From NCBI GenBank assembly GCA_038087875.1, contig CM075989.1, positions 18,478,001 to 18,542,000 on the forward strand: a stretch of DNA of 64,000 nucleotides, given 5' to 3'. Below, piece by piece: positions 1 to 12,105 of this stretch. Every line of letters begins with the position of its first letter. Position 1 is the first letter of the stretch. The notes below the pieces were generated by a model that saw nothing but the letters and a program-made list of their open reading frames with translations, was not told the DNA's origin and did not search any database. Source of the stretch: Malacoraja senta. Taxonomy: Eukaryota. The position numbers were made by a program, and so were the translations under genes.

Positions 1-81
1 CCCGTAAAATGCTTTCTACGGCGCATGTAAAGAAGCTGCTGAGAATTGTTGGGGGCGTGCTGATCTTCTTACAATTGCAGA

Positions 82-512
82 AGGGCCTGTCCCACTTTCA
101 CGAGTTATTCACGAATTCTCCTGAGTTTTCCCCTTGATTCAAACTCGCAGACTGTTCGTAACGAGTTCGTAGGAGGACGTAGGAGTTCGTAGATATATCG
201 TAGCGGCCCGTTATGCCAGCCGTAGGTACTCGTGGCATCGGGTAAGTCAGGACGTTTTTTCCAGCCCGATAGAAAATGTCCACGAGTAAAAAATGGTCGG
301 GAAGAAAGAAATTGCAACTTTTTATTCGTAAGGAGGGCATCGAAATAGTCGTGGGAATTCGTAGACATACTCGTAGGGGTTCGTAGGAGTTCATGAACAC
401 AGTCGTGGAAGGTCGTGGGAATTCGTAGATTACCACGATCTTGCTTTTTTTTTTTAGGTCCTTTAAACTCGGCAGAGGTTTTGAATTAAGTCGTGAAAGT
501 GGGACAGGCCCT
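82..512. mobile_element. Non-autonomous PIF/Harbinger-type MITE with AGGGCCTGTCCCAC termini
   Basis: TIR AGGGCCTGTCCCACTTTCACGA (82-) / TCGTGAAAGTGGGACAGGCCCT (-512). Interior has repeated TCGTAG/TCGTGG motifs. Right flank is TAA, left flank imperfect. Interrupts a Rex/Babar-like LINE fragment. Confidence 0.8.
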
Positions 513-760
513 TAAGGAAGCACAAGTGTTGGTGTGCTTTCTTGGCCATTGCTTCCACATGGTTGGTCCAGGACAAGTTGCTGGTGATATTTATTCCTAG
601 GAGCTTGAAGCTTTCAACCATGTCTACTTTGGCGCCTCCGCTGTATATTGGGGTATGTGCACCTTTGCAACTTGAAGTCGATCGCAATCTCCTTCGTCTT
701 GCTGACATTGAGGGAAATGTTGTTGGCTTGGCATCGGGGCACGAGGTTCTCAATCTGACG
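513..760 (-). mobile_element. Rex1/Babar-like LINE RT C-terminal fragment (continues at 1-81)
   Basis: Frameshifted translation CQANNISLNVSKTKEIAIDF...VESFKLLGINITSNLSWTNHVEAMAKKAHQHLCFL, typical of the Rex/Babar RT thumb region. Confidence 0.7.
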
Positions 761-1077
761 TTGGAGGGGGGAGAAGAGAGAATGGACGGAGAGTGAGTTA
801 GTCAGGACGAACGTGGTCAAGCAATGGTCCTGGAAGCAGAATATCTCTCTGCTTCTCTCCATCCCATCCTATAAAATGTCTTTCTGAAAATTGCTGTGGT
901 CTGCAATGAGGATCCAAACTTCTCCATTAATGGTTAAGTGCAAATAGAACACTGTGCCACTTTGAGAGTAGGCAACATGCCCCGACTGTTGCCACCTGGT
1001 TTCAGCTGTGCTGGTTACGTCCAGAGGCACAAACCCAATGATCACCAGGTCACCACGTGAAATCCTTGCTGCACATG

Positions 1078-1330
1078 AGTTCAGTTTAGTTGATGGTCAC
1101 GTGTACCGCTTGTGTGGCGTGCTAACCAGTCAGCAGAAAGACAATGTGTGATTTCAATCGAGCCATTCACTGTGTACAGATACATGATAAGGGAATAAGG
1201 TTTAGTGCAAGGTAAAGCCAGCCAAGGCAAGAGTCAAGAGTGTTTTATTGTCATATGTCCCAGATAGAACAATGAAATTCTTACTTGCTGCAGCACAACA
1301 GAATATGTAAACATAGTACACTGTAAACAA
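1078..1330 (-). mobile_element. Rex/Babar-like LINE 3' UTR fragments
   Basis: Same 3'-end motifs (TGACAATAAA.. with short tandem tail) as copies at 6262-6640 and 40835-41165. Confidence 0.55.
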
Positions 1331-1362
1331 TATGATAAACGAGAAAAAAAGTTCAGAATGTG

Positions 1363-1464
1363 TATGCATACATACATACATACATACATACATACATACA
1401 TACATACATACATGTATATACACACACATACATACATACATACATACATACATACATACATACA

Positions 1465-1498
<34 letters not shown>

Positions 1499-1656
1499 CA
1501 TACATACATACATACATACATACATACATACATGTATATACACATACATACATACATACATACATACATACATACATACATACATACATACATACATACA
1601 TACATACATACATACATACATACATACATACATGTATATATACACACACACATACA

Positions 1657-1690
<34 letters not shown>

Positions 1691-2020
1691 CATACATACA
1701 TACATACATACATACATACATGTATATACACATACATACATACATACATACATACATACATACATACATACATACATACATACACACATACATACATGTA
1801 TATATACACACACATATACATACATACATACATACATACATACATACATACATACATACATTCATACATACATTCATACATACATACATACATACATACA
1901 TACATACATACATACATACATACATACATACACACATACATACATACACACATACATGTATATATACATACATACATACAAACATACATGCACACATACA
2001 TACATGTATATATACACACA
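1363..2020. repeat. (TACA)n/(CATA)n microsatellite, ~650 bp, with periodic CATGTATATACAC interruptions
   Basis: Directly visible. Produces the spurious MYVC/HTYI ORFs. Confidence 0.98.
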
Positions 2021-3125
2021 CTAAACTTTTGTTCTCGTTTATTATATAGTTTGCAGTGATCATATATATATGATCGAAGATAGCTGAGGAACACCAATTG
2101 TAGTTGAGGGCTGTAGTTCAGGTAGACAGTGGTACAGGTCTGTTCTCTAGTTGCAGTAGGGTGGTTCAGCCCTGAACTACTATCTACCTCATTGGTAAAT
2201 GCACATCCATTAGTAGTGCACATTTTCAAATGCAACCCCAATTTTCAGGCCGACGTCTATTGTTTCAACATTTTGGCTGTAAATCTGAACTGAATCATTA
2301 ACAAAGGAATTCATCTGTGAGCTACTGCAAGCAAATAGTCTTGGTTGCGTATTATTTTTCATTACTTGGTGACACCACAATTGCTTGGCGCTATTGACGC
2401 TGATAGGGGGAGCCTTGAGGACAAATTGTTCTGTGTCAGGCCTCAAGAACGTCACACCTGCAGCCACTGGAACCACAGAATTACTAGTTTCTACTTTGAA
2501 CGTAACATATTCCTCCACGGTGTTTCATCCACAAGCCTATTTTTCCTCAACATCATTTAGAAGAATCAAGAGACAGTCAGTTCTTAATAACAACCATAAT
2601 TTCTGGGCACTGTCACTTTCGTGACAGGCTCCAATGTGTTGTCTCACCGCAGTTCCCTGTCCCTTTCAAAAGATCTTTGGAGCTCATCGTTCTCCTCCCA
2701 GCTTCCCCACGTCCCTGCCATTGTGTTGGCTCGTGCACCACGCTGGCTTTGCCCAGCCCGCCTGAGCTGAGACATCCCGCCCCACAGCAGCCGATTAAAC
2801 AGGCCGCAGTGAGAAAGGGAGCGCAAAACGTCGATCGACGGGCAGCAAATTACTCTGCGCTGGAAAGCTATCAGAGCAGTGCGATTCCCATTATCCAGAA
2901 ATGGCTGCGAATGAAGCAACAATGAGCCACGGCAGCATGCTATCACAGGGATCTTCTGTATTGTTTCAGACGGCTAACATCGCCACAGTTTATTGGATTA
3001 CAATATTTCAACATGCATTGGCAAACATTGTAAAAGGGTGGCAGGCACTTTTATTTTAGAAGTCGCAGCATCGTAGAGCTGTACGGCACAGAAACAGGCC
3101 CATCAGCTACTTCTCCATGCCGACA

Positions 3126-3560
3126 TGAAGAAGGACCTCGACCCAAAACGTCACCCATTCCTTTTCTCCAGAGATACTGCCTGTCCCGCTGAGTTACTCC
3201 ATCATTTTGTGTCAACCAACAAGTTAGGGTTAGGGTCGTCAAGGTCGGAAGATAGGCTCAAAAAGCTGGAGTAACTCAGCGGGTCATGCAGCATCTCTGG
3301 AGAGAAGGAAGGGGTGACGTTACGGGTCGAGACCCTTCTTCAGACTGCCAAGGCTCATAGACCAGGTCAGAGTCCCCGCTGGTCCGCACCTTTCACCCCA
3401 TCAGCCTTCACATCCTTCACATCCAACGCAACATCCCCAGGCATTTCTGGCTCCTCCAGCGTGATCCCACCACTAGAGACATCTTCCCAACACCAGCCCT
3501 TTCCGCCTTCCGCAGAGACCTCTCCCTCCACAAACTCCTTGGTTCACTCGCCCCTTCTCA
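3126..3560. mobile_element. Penelope-like pLTR pieces in both orientations plus adjacent probable internal PLE fragment
   Basis: pLTR motif ..ACCCATTCCTTTTCTCCAGAGATACTGCCTGTCCCGCTGAGTTACTCC (+) and its reverse complement at 3250-3346. Hammerhead cores are degenerate (CAAA and GTAA in place of GAAA). Confidence 0.7.
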
Positions 3561-4435
3561 GCCAAGGGCAAGGTGGGCCAAAGGGCCTGTTTCCATGCTA
3601 TATGACCGTCATCCTACGACTATTCCTAACGATATATTTTACTTTATTCAAAAAAAAATTCAGCCATCTATTATCTTTTATGTTTGCATTCACCCGCACA
3701 GTTTTGAAGGGAAAAAAAGGTAAGGTTCGTGATGAATTATTATGTTACAGTCAAGCCAGCAGGAGAATTCCGAGGAAGTCTAACTAGACACACTCCAGCA
3801 GTTTGATTAGTACAAATTAAGAGAACAATTTCTGACAAGGACCCAATGAAAATGTACATTACTTCAGCTGGTAGTCTTGTATTGTATAATGAGCAGCTTT
3901 TCACATTTATATTAGATTCATGGTGTGAACTGTCACACAGGAAGCAGCACGTTTGTCAGATGTAATAACGTCAACAGATTTGCCGTTATACCAAGACTTT
4001 GCCATGCACACAAGTTGGAGCAGAAGAGAGACACAAGGAACAGCAGACGCTGGACCATTCAGCAAAATACAAAGTGCTGGAGGAACTCAACGGGTCAGGC
4101 AGCATCTGTGGAGGGAATGGACAGATGATGTTTCGGGTCAGGACCCCAGCTTTCTTCCCCCATCTCTCCAATCAGCTTAAAGAAGGGTCCAGACCTGAAA
4201 CGTTGTCTGTCCATTCCTTCCACAGATGCTGCCTGACAGAGGAGGCCCTACCGCAGCCTGGGGCGTACCTGGGGTTACCTGGATCAGTACATCCTGCATG
4301 TGGACCGGACTTTGGACTTGGGACTTTTTCTTTTGTAAATGGCGAGGATGAAATATGGTGACTTGTGCACGTGTGAGTTTTGCAAAAAGAATGGTACTGT
4401 GTTGTGCATATGTAACAATAAAGAACAATTGAACC

Positions 4436-4670
4436 AGTGGTAGAGTTGCTGCCTCATCGCGCCAGAGACCCGGTTCGATCCTGACTACAGGTGCTATCTG
4501 TACAGAGTTTGCACGTTCTCCCTGTGACCAAGTGGGTTTTCTCCAGGTGCTCCGGTTTCCTCCCACACTCCAAAGACGTGCAGCTTTGCAGGTTAATTGG
4601 CTTCTCTAAATTGTCCCTAGTGGGATAGAACTAGTGCATGGATGATCGCTGGTCGGCGTGGGCTCGGACT
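4436..4670 (+). mobile_element. HE1-type tRNA-derived SINE
   Basis: B-box GGTTCGATCC followed by GCTATCTGTACAGAGTTTGCACGTTCTCCC..CTCCCACACTCCAAAGAC core shared by >20 copies in the window. Confidence 0.8.
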
Positions 4671-5034
4671 CCAGAGATGCTGCCTGACCTGCTGAGTTAC
4701 TCCAGTTTTTTGTGTCTATCTTCGGTATAAACCAGTATCTGCAGTGCCAAGCCGGGCAAAATGACTCAGCATTTAGGTTGCCCGGCGGCACTTTGGGTGG
4801 TCATTGGCACCCGGGCAACCGCTAATTTCGGGCCCTGTAAAGCCAGCAAAGTCCGATCAAACTAAAAAAAAATGTGGGGCGCGACTGCAGCCTGTTCACG
4901 TGACGCAGGTTGGAGGAGCTTCTATGGGGCAGGGCTGAAGGCCAAGTGGTCACCAAGACCTCACTGCACCTCACATCCACTTCCAGGAGAGCAAGCCAAG
5001 GGCAATTGGACCCGTGCCTCCTAAACTGGTTAAT

Positions 5035-6076
5035 GTAGCAATGTTACAAAATTTTGAGATTTTAAAAATATAGACTGCAATTTATCCCATCAGATAAAGC
5101 ATAAAAAGAAGTTTAATTTGACACCTAATTCACTTTCATATCTTCAGTATTAAAGAAGTTATGGCCATTTTCATACTCGGAAATTAGCATCTTGTTCCCT
5201 ATTGCTTTTCATTGACTTAACACAAAAGTTGTGATCGAGGACAGTCAAAAGCCCATAACTTTCTTAAAAATTAAGATAACTGAAAGAAATTTTCAGTTAT
5301 TATAGATTGAAGCATTATGAAACAAATATGAAACAATCTTACTTAGAAGACATGAAAGTAAAGCAAATAATTAGTTAGTTACCTAATTGTAGCTAATTAC
5401 AAAATTCAATTACTAGATCTAAACATCTATCAATTTCTTAAGAATAGATTAACATTTTTAAATAGCCTAAGTGTCCAAATAACATTCACACAATAATTCA
5501 CAATATAACATAATTTTTAAATCTCATTTTCATGAATTTACAGGCCAAATGGAAGGAATTGAATGTTTAATACCTGTAAATTAATGGGCATTTAATTCAT
5601 CTTGTGAGTGAGGATTTCTGGAACGCGATCTTTTGGAACGTTCATTTGCGGTGAATTTAACCCCGTATTGGCATGAAAAATACTGCCGTTAATTCGGGGA
5701 ATAAAATCACCGTGTCGCATGAAAAAATGTGAATTAAAGGCTTCTTAAGAAGCACTTTTATACATTTAAAGAAACCACTTTCGTTTACCTGTCTCGTGTG
5801 TGAAATCCGTCCCCGTTAACGGTGTTGACGCTTCAGGAGCTGATTTTAAAATTACTCCAGCGCTGACATTGACGATTTATTAAAATTAAAAAATACACAA
5901 ATCGCCACTAGGAACGATTCTTCAGCCAACGCTTGTACTCCAACAAAATATTAACCAGGACAAGGGAGGAGAAACCCGCGTTTTAACCCCGCCCCCCCTT
6001 AAAGGCGCCAAAATCGCGCACACGGCCAGTGGCAGAATTACAGCGCGACTGAAGGTAAGTTTTGTAACATACCTAC
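5035..6076. mobile_element. ~1.04-kb non-autonomous DNA transposon at a TTAA(TG) site (Kolobok/piggyBac-like target)
   Basis: Imperfect TIR GTAGCAATGTTACAAAA / TTTTGTAACATACCTAC. TTAATG at 5030-5035 and 6077-6082. AT-rich interior, no transposase ORF. Confidence 0.65.
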
Positions 6077-6261
6077 TTAATGCAGACATGGGGAGAATAC
6101 CAAGAACATATTGACCCAATCTCATTACCCAATTTGGCTGGAAGCTTGAGCATACAAGACATTGCAAAGTCACTCTGTCTGGGCAGCAGAGGAGCAGATG
6201 GGTTCTACTACCATGAGTCCAGATAAACGATCCATTGGGAAATCTGTCATCATCTGTCTAC

Positions 6262-6640
6262 TTTAGTTTAGTTTATTGTCACGTGTACCGAGGTACAGTG
6301 AAAAGCTTTTTGTTGCGTGCGATTCAATCAGCGGAAAGACTATACACGTGATTACAATCGAGCCGCCCACAGTGTACAGGTACATGGTAGAGGGAATACT
6401 GTTTCGTGCAAGGTAAAGTCCGATTAAAGATAGTCCGATAGTCTCCAGTGAACTTCAGATAGTAACTCGGGCCTGCTCTCTTGTTGTTGATAGGATGGTT
6501 CAGTTACTTGATAACAGTTGGGGCGGAACTGTCCCTGAATCTGGAGGTGTGTGTTTTCACATTTCTGTACCTCTTGCCTGATAGGAGAGAGGAGAAGAGG
6601 GAGCGGCCGGGGTGAGACAGGCCCTTGATTATGCTGGATA
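6262..6640 (-). mobile_element. Rex/Babar-like LINE 3' end
   Basis: Reverse complement ends AAAAGCTTTTCACTGTACCTCGGTACACGTGACAATAAACTAAACTAAA. Confidence 0.65.
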
Positions 6641-7506
6641 GCATCAATGGATTAGCACCAATGACCGCTGCCACCTACACCCTCTCACTGTGTCTTCTTA
6701 ACTGTGTGGAGTGACCTCATGGGGACACCTGCGAACACCATCTACAAATGAATGCAGGGGAATGACTATCATTTTGATGTTATTGCTGTCTGACATCGAA
6801 TGCAAAATAGTGAAGCCTATTCATTGAAATTTAGATTTATTGCAGTTTGCATCCTTTGAAAGGAAGCTGGGTGCAGCATTTCCAGGACAAAAATCGAGTT
6901 TTCTTTGTTTAGGAACTGTCGGCAAGACTAGCGATACTTATCAAATTTAATAATATAATGCGATTGAATAAGGGCCTCTCATCCTCGAATATCTCAAAGT
7001 GTTTTAGACGATAATCTTTTTGTGCGAGTGTTGTGTAGATGCTCTGGTCTCCGTTAATTAAAACTGATTCTTCATTGCACCTTTCCCATATCATTTTTAT
7101 CACCTAGCTTTTATTTTCACGAGACAGAACACTGCACACTGCACAGAGTAGGGGAAACAGATTAATGATGTGCCTCCTAATTGGTTCTGGAAACGTATAT
7201 TTTATTGTTGAAGGGAGCTCTGTTTGATTTTCCTGCACCTTTTACGTAAACAAGAGGCTTTGACTGGGGGGAGAAAACAGACCCCGGGACGAACGCAGCG
7301 GGTCAGGCAGCATCCGCAGAGGGAATGGACAGGTCGGGACCCTTCTTCAAGTCCATTTCACTCCACAGATGCTGCCTGACCTGCTGAGTTCTTCCAGCAG
7401 TCTATTTTTTCCTCAGGGTTTCAGTATTTGAAGTCCCTTCTTTTAGAGCTATGGATTGGAAACAGGCCCTTCAGCCCACCACGTCCTGGTCACCCATATA
7501 CTAGTT

Positions 7507-7720
7507 TAAGAAGGAACTGCAGATGCTGGAAAATCGAAGGTAGACAAAAGTGCTGGAGAAACTCAGCGGGTGCAGCAGCATCTATGGAGCGAAGGAAATA
7601 GGCAACGTTTTGGGCCGAAACCCTTCCGGGTTTCGGCCCGAAACGTTGCCTATTTCCTTCGCTCCATACCTTCGATTTTCCAGCATCTGCACCCGCTGAG
7701 TTTCTCCAGCACCTTTGTCT
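7507..7720. mobile_element. Palindromic Penelope-derived mini-element with 15-bp TSD
   Basis: Inverted pLTR halves; ACCCATATACTAGTT at 7492-7506 and 7721-7735. Confidence 0.85.
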
Positions 7721-7859
7721 ACCCATATACTAGTTCTATCCTACATGCTAGGTACAATGTTCAGAAGCCAATTAGAGATAAATGAGCATGATGACCTGGG
7801 CTCAGAGTTGGTGGGAGAAATGTGGGTGGGGACATGGGCAAGAGAATGTGGGATGGGAG

Positions 7860-8012
7860 GTATTACTTGAAATGAGTGAATTCAATGTTTACTCCTTTAG
7901 CTTGTAAACTACCCAAGCAGTGCTGTTCCTCCACTTTGCGTGTAGCCTGACTCCGGCAATGGAGGAGGCCCAGGACCGAAAGGTCACTATGGGAATGGGA
8001 AGAGAAATTAAA
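7860..8012 (-). mobile_element. Penelope-like GIY-YIG endonuclease C-terminal fragment
   Basis: FNFSSHSHSDLSVLGLLHCRSQATRKVEEQH..LGSLQAKGVNIEF, matching the other copies in this window. Confidence 0.8.
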
Positions 8013-8274
8013 ATACAGATACACCACCGATGTTCCGGCAACCGGTGGTCCGGACCCTCCGAGTGACAAGCAAAGTTAAGCTCGATCAGGATAATCACAA
8101 ATTATTTGGGTTGGATCTATTTGGGTCTATTGGATAATTCTCGCCCTCTGATGCATGAAATACAGACTGTTCAGACATTTCCCGGAGTATAGTGGAACCC
8201 TGACTACCTGAATCACTGACTTTATTACAGCTGGGGCAACATGACAGGTAATCAAGATTGTTGCATGACCAACT

Positions 8275-8870
8275 GTGACGCAGCGGTAGAGTTGCTGCCT
8301 TACAGCGCCAGAGAGCCAGGTTCGATCCTGACGATGGCTGCTGCCTGTACGGTGTTTGCCCGTTCTCATTGTGACCGTGTGGGTTTTCTATGGGTGCTCC
8401 GTTTTACCTCCCACATCCCAAAGACGTGCGGGTTTGTAGGTTAAATGGCTTCTATAAATTGTCCGTAGTAGTGTAGGATAGAACCAACGTATGGGTGATG
8501 GCTGACAATAGACAACAGACAATAGACAATAGACAATAGGTGCAGGAGCAGGCCATTTGGCCCTTCGAGCCAGCACCGCCATTCAATGTGATCATGGCTG
8601 ATCATCCCCAATCAGTACCTGCCTTCTCCCCATTTCCCCTGACTCCGCTATTTTTAAGAGCCCTATCCAGCTCTCTCTTGAAAGCATCCAGAGAACCTGC
8701 CTCCACCGCCAACCAGCCATTTAAAACGGCCTCTGAGGCAGAGAATTCCACAGACTCACCACTCTCTGTGAGAAAAAGTGTTTCCTTGTCTCCGTTCTAA
8801 ATGGCTGGTTGGCAAGGACTCGGTGGGCCGAAAGGCCAGTTTTCAAGCTGTATCTCTAAAGCTAAAACTT
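8275..8870 (+). mobile_element. HE1-type SINE interrupted by a minus-strand CR1 3' fragment (~8504-8803)
   Basis: SINE head and B-box at 8278-8330, tail GCTGTATCTCTAAA at ~8848-8861. The CR1 3' end has a (TCTATTG)n tail. Confidence 0.7.
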
Positions 8871-9665
8871 ATAAACCAGAAGTAAATCAGCAAATTTCAG
8901 TATTCAAGTCTGATGCTGACAGGGCCGAGGCATGAAATTACAAGTAGGATATCATTTAAAAAAAACGTTTCTGCTTTATTTACAGAGTAACGATGAACGT
9001 GATTAATGTAAGGAACTGTTCGATGAGACAAGGCTTGTCGTGTGAGATCTCTGCAGCATGGGGGGGGGATAAACAATGGATCGTGAAGCTACAGAGACAC
9101 TGAAAGCACTGGCCTTTATTAAGGTAAATAAATGTGGGCCCACTATTCCTGCAAAATATGGAATTACCAGGTATCTGGAAAAAAAAAAGAGTTATATAAT
9201 GGTAACAGATCAAAGGGTTTCTGCAAGATTGAACATGGAACCTGAGTCTGAGCTATTCTGTTACAGCCATTAGTGTCCTCACAACTCTGTGATTTGAACA
9301 CAATACAAATGTATTATTTCCGTATGTTGTTTGTAATTTTGCTCCATGGACAGGGTTTGTTCTGCCCAGTAATTTGAGGCTCGAGTGAGAGGAATGTGGT
9401 AATCATTTTCTTCTCTCAAAGTGAAGAGAAATAATAGTGAATTTAAGATGTCAAATCGAGGGCTTCTCTGCTTTATCAGAACATCTAAAGATTCCCTGAC
9501 CACTATTTTATAGATGAGTAGTGGAAATATCCCTGGAGCCCTGGTCAACTTTAATCCCACATGTGATATTGTTTAGAAAACATAATTTATTGCTGTCTGT
9601 GGCATCCTGCTGTGTGCATATGGATATTCCCCTTGTACCTTGATTGTAATCTTGTATAGTCTTTT

Positions 9666-9762
9666 CTGAAGAAGGGTCTTGACCTGAAATGTCACCCATT
9701 CCTTCTCTCCAGAGATGCTGCCTGTCCCGCTGAGTTACTTCAGATTTTTGGTTCCATCTTCG
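9666..9762 (+). mobile_element. Penelope pLTR mini-insertion starting at the hammerhead core, 12-bp TSD
   Basis: CTGAAGAAGGGTCTTGACCTGAAATGTC; ATAGTCTTTTCT at 9656-9667 and 9763-9774. Confidence 0.8.
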
Positions 9763-9849
9763 ATAGTCTTTTCTTTGGCTGGTTAACACGCAACAAAAGC
9801 TTTTCACTGTACCTCGGTACATGTGACAACAATAAACTAAACTAAACTA

Positions 9850-10200
9850 AAGATAGACACAAAAAGCTGGGACAGGCAGCATCTCTGGAGAGAAGGAATG
9901 GGTGACGTTTCGGGTCGAGACCCTTCTTCAGACTGGTTAGGGATAAGGGAAATGAGAGATATAGACGGTGATGTGGGGAGATAAAGAACAATGAATGAAA
10001 GATATGCAAAAAAAGTTACGATGATAAAGGAAACAGGCCATTGTTAGCTGTTTGTTGGGTGAAAACGAGAAGCTAGTCCAATTGGGTGGGGGAGGGATAG
10101 AGAGAGAAGGAATGCTGGGGTTACTTGAAGTTAGAGAAATCAATATTCATACCACTGGGCTGTAAGCTGCCCAAGAGAAATATGAGATGCTGTTCCCCCA
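9850..10200 (-). mobile_element. Penelope-like element 3' part (EN tail, 3' UTR, pLTR)
   Basis: Reverse complement encodes EQHLIFLLGSLQPSGMNIDFSNFK, followed by a pLTR with an intact hammerhead core. Confidence 0.85.
9904..9931 (-). ncRNA. Minimal type I hammerhead ribozyme core (Penelope pLTR)
   Basis: Reverse complement CUGAAGA-A-GGGU-CUCG-ACCC-GAAACGUC: both conserved boxes, stem II and palindromic ACGU stem III. Distal AUCUCU/AGAGAU pairing is possible. Confidence 0.8.
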
Positions 10201-11083
10201 ACTAACTAAAGTTCAGTGGTGTTATTACGTTATTGCATGGGGCAAGGCCAGCAGGAATGTGACCTGGGGCCTGACCTCCCGCACCCTTGGGGTCGGCTAC
10301 GGGAGGCGCCTCCAGGACACAAAGGTAGTCGGGCAAAGCAGAGATACGTCAGTACGCTGAACGATACAAGAGCTAGTCTGGATCGGGCGCCGCTCGAAAT
10401 GGCACCAAATCTGGCGACTCTAAAATAATGTCACTGTGTTTTGCTCATGTGACAATAAAGAACGTATTGTGTTGTATAGTAAACAGCTCCATGCTAACAT
10501 GAAGATATAAATGAGGTCTCCCTGCATGGGACCATTGTCACCATTTTGTCATGTCTTTCCAGAGGATATTTCCACACAACAATAACTGAGTTCCTTAATA
10601 TGCTTAAGTAGAACTAAACACATTTCACTTTGAAATGTCAACCATCCTTCTTCTCCAGGGATGCTGCCTGACCCGCTGAGTTACTCCAGCACTTTGTGTC
10701 TTTTTGTTGTAAACCATCAGGGAGACCTGGTTGCAAGAGAGACAGGACTAATGATCCAGGGTTGCGATGCTTCACATGTGATAGAGAGGAAGGTAAAAGC
10801 TAATCAGGGAGAATGTCATGGGGGCACTCATAGAGGGCACTGTGGAGGGGTTAGTCCACTGAGCATCATTCACACACTGTTGTTTATGCTGACCTGACAT
10901 TGTTACAGTGGTTCTGGGTTGAATCTGGTTTCTGAACTTAAGGTTCAAATGAAGTCGATGCAGAATCCATAATCCTTTCCAGACTCGAGCCTCTCCAGTC
11001 AGTGAAGACAGCCTCAGGGCAGTGGATCTATTGGAGCAATTGCAATGCTCTTTGAGTTAATAGGGCAAAACATAAGACCCAGG

Positions 11084-11363
11084 CCGAGACCCTTCTTCAG
11101 ACGTGGGTTCTGACCCAAAACATCACCCATTCCTTCTCTCCAGAGCTGCTGCCTGTCCTGCTGAGTTACTCCAGCATTTGAATTGAATTGAATTGAATTG
11201 AATTAGACTTTATTAATCCCCTTATTCAGGGGAAATTCAGATGTCCTTGCAGCACACTAATAAAATACAACATAGTATTAAAAAGAAGTTCAACACCAAA
11301 AACATGCTCTATCTATTTAGTGTCTATCTTCGGTGTAAACCAGCATCTGCAGTTCCTTCCTAC
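11084..11363 (+). mobile_element. Penelope pLTR mini-insertion with 14-bp TSD, itself interrupted by a (CAATT)n-tailed fragment
   Basis: ACATAAGACCCAGG at 11070-11083 and 11364-11377; (GAATT)n at ~11178-11204. Confidence 0.75.
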
Positions 11364-11524
11364 ACATAAGACCCAGGTTGTTCCCCACTTTCCCCGTCAA
11401 CCCAACTGCAAAAATCAGGGCCTGAAACTTGGTCATAGAGTCATAGAAGCCTGACCAAGTTGGCATATTGGGCTAGTCTCACTCACCTGCATTTGGCTCA
11501 TAGCCATCTAAACCCATCCTATCC

Positions 11525-12105
11525 ATTCCATTGTTCAAGGTGTGGACTCTTGTACATCAGCGAGACCAAACGTAGACTGGGCTATCATTTCGCTGAACAC
11601 CTTCGCTCAGTCTACCTGAACCTACCTGATCTCCCGGTTGCTAAACACTTTAATTCCCACACTGACCTTTCTGTCCTAGGCCTCCAATGTCAGAGTGAGA
11701 CCAAATGCAACAGCATCTTATATCTCGCTTTGGCGGCTTACAACCCAGTGGTATGGATATTAAATCTTCTAACTTCAAGTAACCCTTGCGTTCCCTCATT
11801 CTCCATCCCTCCCCCACCCAAGTCGTACCAGTTTCAAAGTCGCCGTGTTGAGTCTCATTGTCTGTACTCATTCTCACCTCGGACACAGCTAACAATGGCC
11901 TGTTTCCTTTATCATCAGTACTTGTTTGCATATCTTCCATTCCTTTTTTTCTATACATCTCTACATCACCATCTATATCCCTCGATTCCCTCTCCCCTGA
12001 CTCTCAGTCTGAAGAAGGGTCTTGATCCTAAATGTCACCTATTCCTTTTCTCCAGAGATGCTGACTGACCCGCCGAGTTACTCCAGCTTTTTTGTGTCTG
12101 TCTTC
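11525..12105 (+). mobile_element. Penelope-like element: GIY-YIG endonuclease remnant plus pLTR
   Basis: HCSRCGLLYISETKRRLGYHFAEHLRSV..DLPVAKHFNSH, then pLTR with mutated hammerhead (CTGAAGAAGGGTCTTGATCCTAAATGTC). Confidence 0.88.

Noticed and set aside
1202..2241. Six long ORFs (MYVC../HTYI..)
   Set aside because: Artefacts of the stop-free (TACA)n microsatellite.
2210..2946. Cluster of 70-100 aa ORFs
   Set aside because: Frames are closed by nearby stops, with no homology and no consistent exon boundaries.
7507..7720. Palindromic elements as MITEs or pre-miRNAs
   Set aside because: The arms are Penelope pLTR sequence also found attached to GIY-YIG remnants, and TSD lengths vary (9-15 bp), unlike DNA transposons.
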